Shown in pieces: positions 58,703 to 64,000 of a stretch of DNA of 64,000 bases. Each line of letters begins with the position of its first letter. Position 1 is the first letter of the stretch. The translations under genes and the position numbers were made by a program. The stretch comes from Deltaproteobacteria bacterium (GTDB lineage: Bacteria > Desulfobacterota > GWC2-55-46). The stretch covers positions 26,588-90,587 of the forward strand of contig JACRCL010000032.1 in assembly GCA_016219015.1 (NCBI GenBank). The letters run 5' to 3'. The notes under the pieces were generated by a model. It made no database searches and was not told the origin of the DNA. It saw only the letters and a list, made by a program, of their open reading frames with translations.

Positions 58703-59533
58703 ATGGAATCCTGGAGGCTCATCCTCGACCCTGATCTTGAGGGCCCCGAAAACATGGCTCGGGACGAGGCGATATTGCGGGCCGCTGACTCGGGCTCCAA
58801 GCTCCCGGCATTGCCGACATTGAGAGTCTACGGGTGGGCTTCTCCGACCATCTCCATAGGGTTTGTACAGAACCCCTCGCATCTGCTCGGCCACGGCCTG
58901 CCGGTAGTCCGCAGGGTCACCGGCGGCAGGGCCGTATTGCACGATAACGAGCTTACCTATTCCATCGTGGTGCCTTCCTCGAACCCCCTTTTCTTAGAAG
59001 GCATAACAGGGGCGTATTCAGCCATAAGCGCCTGCATATTGAAAGCCCTAAAAGACATCGGCATAACGGCGTCGTTCTCCCGCGGCACGCCGAAAGGGCG
59101 TAGCCCGCAGAAGGACGGTTGCTTTTTCTCGGCCTCGAGGTACGAGATACTCGTCGAGGGTAAAAAGCTCGTCGGGAGCTCACAGAGACGCTTCAGGAAC
59201 GCGTTCCTCCAGCACGGCTCCATCCTCTTCGGCGTAAACGCCGGGCTCAATGCCCGGCTTTTCGGCAAGGGCGTGGTGGACAGGATGTCGTGGATAGGGG
59301 CGCACTCAAAGGCGGGCAGGGGCGACTTCAGGGGGATGCTGGTAAGGCGGGTCTCTGAAGGGCTCGGCGCGTCGTTCTCCCCCTCGGGCCTGACTGAACA
59401 GGAGCTCTATCTGAGGGACAGCCTCATGAAGGCGAAGTACTCAAGCCCGCTCTGGAACCACTCGTGCGCCAGGAGGTTTCAGGATATTGTCCGCACAGTC
59501 CCATCCAACGGGGAAAGACCCGAAGAAGAATAG
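58703..59533 (+). CDS. Lipoate-protein ligase / octanoyltransferase-family protein (BPL/LPL catalytic domain, LplA/LipM-like)
   Basis: 276 aa. LRVYGWASPTISIGFVQN...RRVTGGRAVLHDNELTYSI and a conserved Lys context (VEGKKLVGSSQRR). Confidence 0.7.
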   Translation: MESWRLILDPDLEGPENMARDEAILRAADSGSKLPALPTLRVYGWASPTISIGFVQNPSHLLGHGLPVVRRVTGGRAVLHDNELTYSIVVPSSNPLFLEGITGAYSAISACILKALKDIGITASFSRGTPKGRSPQKDGCFFSASRYEILVEGKKLVGSSQRRFRNAFLQHGSILFGVNAGLNARLFGKGVVDRMSWIGAHSKAGRGDFRGMLVRRVSEGLGASFSPSGLTEQELYLRDSLMKAKYSSPLWNHSCARRFQDIVRTVPSNGERPEEE

Positions 59534-59581
59534 CCTCCCGGGTTTTTACCCGCGGAAATTACTCCAAGGCTGGTAAAAGGC

Positions 59582-62056
59582 ATGGCGTTAAAAGAAAAGA
59601 TACTCGACAGGGCTCAGAAGTACATACAGAAGGGCAACTTCGACAAGGCCATAGCGGAGTACAGGGCCGCCGCCGATATCGACCCGAGGGATATCTCCAT
59701 CAGGCTCAGGATCGGCGACCTCTTTGTAAAGACCGGCAGGAAGGCCGAGGCCGTGAAGGAGTATACCGAGGTCGCCAAGGCGAACACCCAGAGGGGCTTC
59801 TATCTGAAGTCCATAGCTGTCTACAAGCAGGTCCTGAAGCTCGATGAATCCCTTGAGATACACCACCGGCTCGCGGAGCTTTACGTAAAACAGAGGCTCA
59901 TAGCCGACGCGATAAGCGAATACAATTACATAATGAGCTTCTTTGAGAAAAGGGGCAAGACCGCCGAGGTGATTGACCTCCTGAAGAAGATGGCGGAGAT
60001 CGACCCCGAGAACATCGGGGTCAGGCTCAAGCTCGCCGACCTCTACATGAAGCTATCGTTCGACAAGGACGCCTTCTCGGAATACTCGTGGGTGCTCGAC
60101 AGGCTCGTATCCCAGGATAAGTTCGAGAAGGCGGAGAAGATATACCAGACCCTCCACTCCTCGAAGCCCGGAGAAGCCTGGGTGCTCAAAGGCCTCGCCG
60201 GGCTTTACATGAAAAAAGGCGATGCCTCCCATGCCGTCAAATACTTAAAGCCGCTTTTAAAGGCGCACGAGGAAGCCGGGGACGATGAGGCAGCAAAAGC
60301 CGTATGCGAATCGATACTCCAGCTCGACCCGCGCGACAGGGACGGCCTCGATTTCCTTGACTCCATAAGGCAGCAGGAGTCCCCGGCTGAATGGACGCCG
60401 TCAGGGGAAAAACCCTTATTGGACTTCCCTGAGCTGCCAAAGGCCGCCGGGGAAAAGGAGGCCGGGCCCGAAGAGGAGGCGGCCGGGGAGGAAGAGCCGA
60501 AAGCGGCGCCCGCCCCTGCCAATGACGAGATAGAGATAACCCTTGAGGGCTTTGAGGAAGAGCCGGAGGAGGCCGTAGAAAAAACGCCTAAGGCTGAGGC
60601 CCCTGAAGAGGTCGAAATAGAGATAGAGGAGGAAAGGGCTGCGGCCCATGAAACACAGCCTGCCCCGGAAATACAGGCCTCGGAAGAGGCCGTAAAGGAA
60701 AATGTAAAAGACCTTCAAGCTGAGACCGGGGCCGGGGCGCAAGAAGAAAGGCCCTTTGAGATAGAGATAGAGCCTGAAGTCCCCGTGGAGGCCCCGCTGG
60801 AAACCCTGCCGGTGGTACCGGAAGAGGAGATAAAGGAGGCCATAGAAAGGCTTGAAGCTCAGCAGGAGGCGGAGGCTCAACAGAGGGCTGAAGAGCCGGG
60901 TGGAGTGGAACAGGAGATCAGGGAGGAAGTGCCTGATGCTGTAAATGAAGAGCCGGTTGTAAGTGAAGAGCCCGCGGAAGTAGAGATAGTTGTAAAGGAA
61001 GAAGTAAAAGAAGAGGTAAAAGAAGAGCCTCTGATACCCGCGCCAGAGGAGTTGGTGGAGCTTGAAAGGGAAGAGCAAAAGGCAGAGGACGTAGTATTGA
61101 ATGCGGCCTCTATCCCGGACATGGAGGAAAAAGAGACAGGGGAGCCTGAAACGGGGCTCGCCTCGGATGCCGCCGCGCGGGAAGAGGATAAGGCTGATGT
61201 CATGGAAGAAGAGCCTCTTATCGATGAGCCTTTGATCGAGGAGCTGCCTTCATCCATCGAACCTGAAGAGGTTGTCAGAGAAGAGGTTGCTAAAGAAGAA
61301 GTTATAATGGAAGATGCGACGGAGGCCGAGGCCCCTGACGCGACGACAGAGACCCCTGCCCAGGCCTCTCCCGTGGATAAGGCGGAGGAGCAGGAGGAGA
61401 TATCAAGCGCGATATCGGAGCTTATGGAGAAGATCGAGCCTGATGACGCGCTCCTGGGCCCCGATAAGATAGAGGAGCCGGCCGCTCCGGCGGAGACAGG
61501 GGAAGATGAGTACGTAGACCTCTCGGCCGAGCTCGGGATGAAAGAGGCGCTCGACGACAAGGCGGGCTCGTCGTGGGCCGGCGCTGACTCGAGGGACGCC
61601 TTTGACGAGTTCAAAAGCGGGATAGTAAAGCAGCTCAGCAGAGAGGACTCGGAGACGCACTATAACCTCGCCATAGCCTACATGGAGATGGAGATGTTTA
61701 ACGAGGCATCCAAGGAGTTCAAGATAGCCTTGAAGGACCCGCGCCTCGAGTTCGAATGCTACATAAGGCTCGGCCTTTGCGCCATGTCCACGTCAAGCCC
61801 CGAGGAGGCGATAGTCTATTACCTGAAGGGCCTCAAGGTCGAGGACAGGTCGGAGGACGAGAGAAAAGGCATAATGTACGAGCTGGCGCTGGCGTACGAG
61901 GCCGCGGGCGAGCGCGACGAGTCGACGCAGCTCTTTAAATCGATATATGAAATTGACCCGGAGTTCAGGGATGTCGCCAGGAAGGCGCGGGCTGCCGTGC
62001 CCGTGGCCCCTCGTATCCCGCTCGACGACGGGCTTATAGAGGTCGAGCTGCTGTGA
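59582..62056 (+). CDS. TPR-repeat protein with a ~350-aa poly-acidic (Glu/Pro/Ala-rich) central linker
   Basis: TPR motifs at the N-terminus (AIAEYRAAADIDPRD..., ADAISEYNYIMSFFEK...) and the C-terminus (HYNLAIAYMEMEMFNEASKEFKIAL..., ALAYEAAGERDESTQLFKSIYEIDP). The central region is dominated by E, P, A and V with short repeats such as EVKEEVKEE. Confidence 0.75.
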   Translation: MALKEKILDRAQKYIQKGNFDKAIAEYRAAADIDPRDISIRLRIGDLFVKTGRKAEAVKEYTEVAKANTQRGFYLKSIAVYKQVLKLDESLEIHHRLAELYVKQRLIADAISEYNYIMSFFEKRGKTAEVIDLLKKMAEIDPENIGVRLKLADLYMKLSFDKDAFSEYSWVLDRLVSQDKFEKAEKIYQTLHSSKPGEAWVLKGLAGLYMKKGDASHAVKYLKPLLKAHEEAGDDEAAKAVCESILQLDPRDRDGLDFLDSIRQQESPAEWTPSGEKPLLDFPELPKAAGEKEAGPEEEAAGEEEPKAAPAPANDEIEITLEGFEEEPEEAVEKTPKAEAPEEVEIEIEEERAAAHETQPAPEIQASEEAVKENVKDLQAETGAGAQEERPFEIEIEPEVPVEAPLETLPVVPEEEIKEAIERLEAQQEAEAQQRAEEPGGVEQEIREEVPDAVNEEPVVSEEPAEVEIVVKEEVKEEVKEEPLIPAPEELVELEREEQKAEDVVLNAASIPDMEEKETGEPETGLASDAAAREEDKADVMEEEPLIDEPLIEELPSSIEPEEVVREEVAKEEVIMEDATEAEAPDATTETPAQASPVDKAEEQEEISSAISELMEKIEPDDALLGPDKIEEPAAPAETGEDEYVDLSAELGMKEALDDKAGSSWAGADSRDAFDEFKSGIVKQLSREDSETHYNLAIAYMEMEMFNEASKEFKIALKDPRLEFECYIRLGLCAMSTSSPEEAIVYYLKGLKVEDRSEDERKGIMYELALAYEAAGERDESTQLFKSIYEIDPEFRDVARKARAAVPVAPRIPLDDGLIEVELL

Positions 62057-63564
62057 GCAGGGTGAAAGAGAAAGAACGCGCCAAAGCGGGCCGGTCCAGA
62101 CCGGCCCGTTCTTATTTCAGGGAGCTGAAAAAGGCCGCCGCCCTCAGGAAAGACCCCGTCCTTAAAACAGTCCATGGACTCGCGGTTGCCGGAGGCGTTG
62201 AGGTCTATCTCGTGGGCGGCCTCATAAGGAACCTGCTCCTTTCAGCGGAGATCATCCCTGATTACGACTTCGCGATAGAAGGCGACGCGGGGGTTTTCTC
62301 TAAAAAGACCGCCGCCCTCCTGAAGGGCACGGCCTTTATCCTCGACAGGAAGACCCCGTCTTACAGGGTGGTTGCCGGGAGGGGCGCCCGAAAATTGACA
62401 GTCGACCTCTCTCCTGTAAAGAAGGGCGGCATAGTCCCCGACCTAAGGAAAAGGGACTTCACCGTGAACGCCGCCGCCATAGGCATGCGGGCGCTCTTCG
62501 AGGGCGAAAGGCCGCTCCTTGACCCTTTGGGGAGCGTAGCCGACGCCGGGAGAAAGACATTGAGGGCCGCGTCGGCAACGGCGCTTAAGGACGACCCGCT
62601 GCGGTGCCTGAGGGCCGTGAGGCTCTCACAGCAGTACGGCCTCAAGATAGACCCCGCCACGATAGAGTCGATAAAAGCAAGTGCAAGACTCCTTAAAAGG
62701 ACTTCGGCGGAGAGGATAAGGGACGAGCTCGTGATCGTCTTCGCCAACCGCGGGACCGCGAAAAGCGTAAGTCTCCTCTACGAACTGGGCATCATGAAGG
62801 CGATACTGCCGGGGATAGCGGGGTGGGGTGACGTGGAAGGTTACGATCTTTTGACGCATTCGTTAAAGACACTCGCCGAGGCCGAGAAGATACTTTCAAG
62901 TCTGTCATCAAGGACATTCCCGAAATTCCACAAAGAGCTGCGGGCGCGCTTCGATGGTCCGGCAGGCCCCTTCAGCAGGGGCGCTTTTCTCAAGCTCTGC
63001 GCCTTCTTCCACGACACAGGGAAGCCCCATACCATAAGCAGGGAAGACGGCAGGCTCCGGTTCATCGGCCATGACTTCGAAGGGTCCCGCGCGGCAAAGG
63101 AATTATTGATGAGACTCAAGTTCAGCCGCGCGCTCATAAATGAAGCCGCGAACCTCATCAGGAACCACCACCGCGTCTTCATGCTCGCGGGGCTGGAAGA
63201 CAGGACCCCTCGCGCGAAGGCTCACCTTATAAGGGCTTCGGGCGATGAGGCCGCCATAGACCTCCTGCTCCTTTCGCTCGCCGATGCAAGGGCGACAAGG
63301 GGAGGGGAGGATAAGGATTTATTCAAGCTCGTAAAAGAGATGCTCGATTTTTATTACAATGTCTACAAAAAGAAAAGACCCAGGCCGCTCCTTAACGGAA
63401 ACGAGATAATGAAGGTGTTCTCGGTGCCACAGGGAAAGCTCGTGGGAGAGATAATGAGAAAGGTCAACGAAGGCGTCGAGGCCGGCGTCATTCAAAACAA
63501 GAGACAGGCCCTTCAATACGTAAGAGATTGGCTTCAAGAGAAAATGCCTGAAAACAAATCTTAA
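62053..63564 (+). CDS. cca: CCA-adding tRNA nucleotidyltransferase / poly(A)-polymerase-family protein with HD domain
   Basis: GTG start overlapping the upstream stop. Head-domain motif GGLIRNLLL...DYDFAIEGD, plus an HD-domain region with His/Asp residues (FFHDTGK...RNHHRVF). Confidence 0.8.
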   Translation: MSRVKEKERAKAGRSRPARSYFRELKKAAALRKDPVLKTVHGLAVAGGVEVYLVGGLIRNLLLSAEIIPDYDFAIEGDAGVFSKKTAALLKGTAFILDRKTPSYRVVAGRGARKLTVDLSPVKKGGIVPDLRKRDFTVNAAAIGMRALFEGERPLLDPLGSVADAGRKTLRAASATALKDDPLRCLRAVRLSQQYGLKIDPATIESIKASARLLKRTSAERIRDELVIVFANRGTAKSVSLLYELGIMKAILPGIAGWGDVEGYDLLTHSLKTLAEAEKILSSLSSRTFPKFHKELRARFDGPAGPFSRGAFLKLCAFFHDTGKPHTISREDGRLRFIGHDFEGSRAAKELLMRLKFSRALINEAANLIRNHHRVFMLAGLEDRTPRAKAHLIRASGDEAAIDLLLLSLADARATRGGEDKDLFKLVKEMLDFYYNVYKKKRPRPLLNGNEIMKVFSVPQGKLVGEIMRKVNEGVEAGVIQNKRQALQYVRDWLQEKMPENKS

Positions 63565-63827
63565 GTATGATATATTCCAAATTGTAAGACCTCAGAGCAC
63601 CCTCCTAAGGAACCCTTCAGCAGTTCAGGTCCGAATCCAAGGCAAAAGCTATATTTAAATTTTTTTGTTTATTTCAGATAAAATTTAAAACTTTCACTTG
63701 ACAGTGTATAAATATTCTGTTAATAATATATTTAAAGTAAACAAATCATGAAAATATACTGCAAGCGGATCCCCATAGTTATTCCGCAAGGCGCTACGAA
63801 AATACCAGTAGCCAGGGAGCGGTCGAG

Positions 63828-64000
63828 ATGGCTTGCATTCTCAGAAAATTCGACACAAAGGCGGATGACATGAGAAGACCAGTGATACTCATAGTCGACG
63901 ACGAAGAGATGGTCCGGAAGACCCTTGAAATACTCCTCAAGGACTACTACGAAATAGTGACCGCGAAGAACGCTTACGAGGCTATAGAGGCCGTCAGGGC
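63828..64000 (+). CDS. Response-regulator receiver domain protein. 3'-partial: it runs off the window end.
   Basis: PVILIVDDEEMVRKTLEILLKDYYEIVTAKNAYEAIEAV is a receiver-domain start. An alternative start lies at 63870. Confidence 0.6.
   Translation, partial: MACILRKFDTKADDMRRPVILIVDDEEMVRKTLEILLKDYYEIVTAKNAYEAIEAVR

Overview
High-GC (~60%) bacterial chromosomal segment with frequent TTG/GTG start codons. Every confident gene lies on the + strand; the long minus-strand ORFs look like GC-driven shadow frames. I found no rRNA, tRNA or CRISPR. Content is mostly housekeeping: radA (3' end), pfkA, cutA, lepA-lepB, xerC-hslV-hslU, an arginine block (argB-argD-argF-argG, plus argJ and a short ArgA-like GNAT elsewhere), folK, nadK-recN, a PmbA/TldD protease, secA, aroC-aroK-aroB, accB-accC, an LplA/LipM-family ligase and a CCA-adding enzyme. 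A large type IV pilus locus spans 34.7-51.6 kb: pilD, a PilS-like kinase with a sigma54-dependent PilR-like regulator, then an exact sigma54 -24/-12 promoter ahead of a minor-pilin operon (FimT/U-like, PilV, a 1465-aa PilW-like prepilin with about six FN3-like modules, and an oversized Cys-rich PilX-like protein), followed by pilMNOPQ. The intergenic DNA carries an unusual load of MITE/REP-like palindromic repeats in at least three families, including nested composites and a pair that exactly brackets accC. The strongest candidates for something new are the giant FN3-rich prepilin, which may replace a missing PilY1 tip adhesin, and this repeat system. Smaller oddities are an archaeal-type DhnA/AroA'-like aldolase next to a Zn-dehydrogenase, a solo HEPN protein, a Mut7-C RNase-domain protein, a TPR-polyacidic-TPR protein and a Roadblock/LC7 protein with no GTPase partner.
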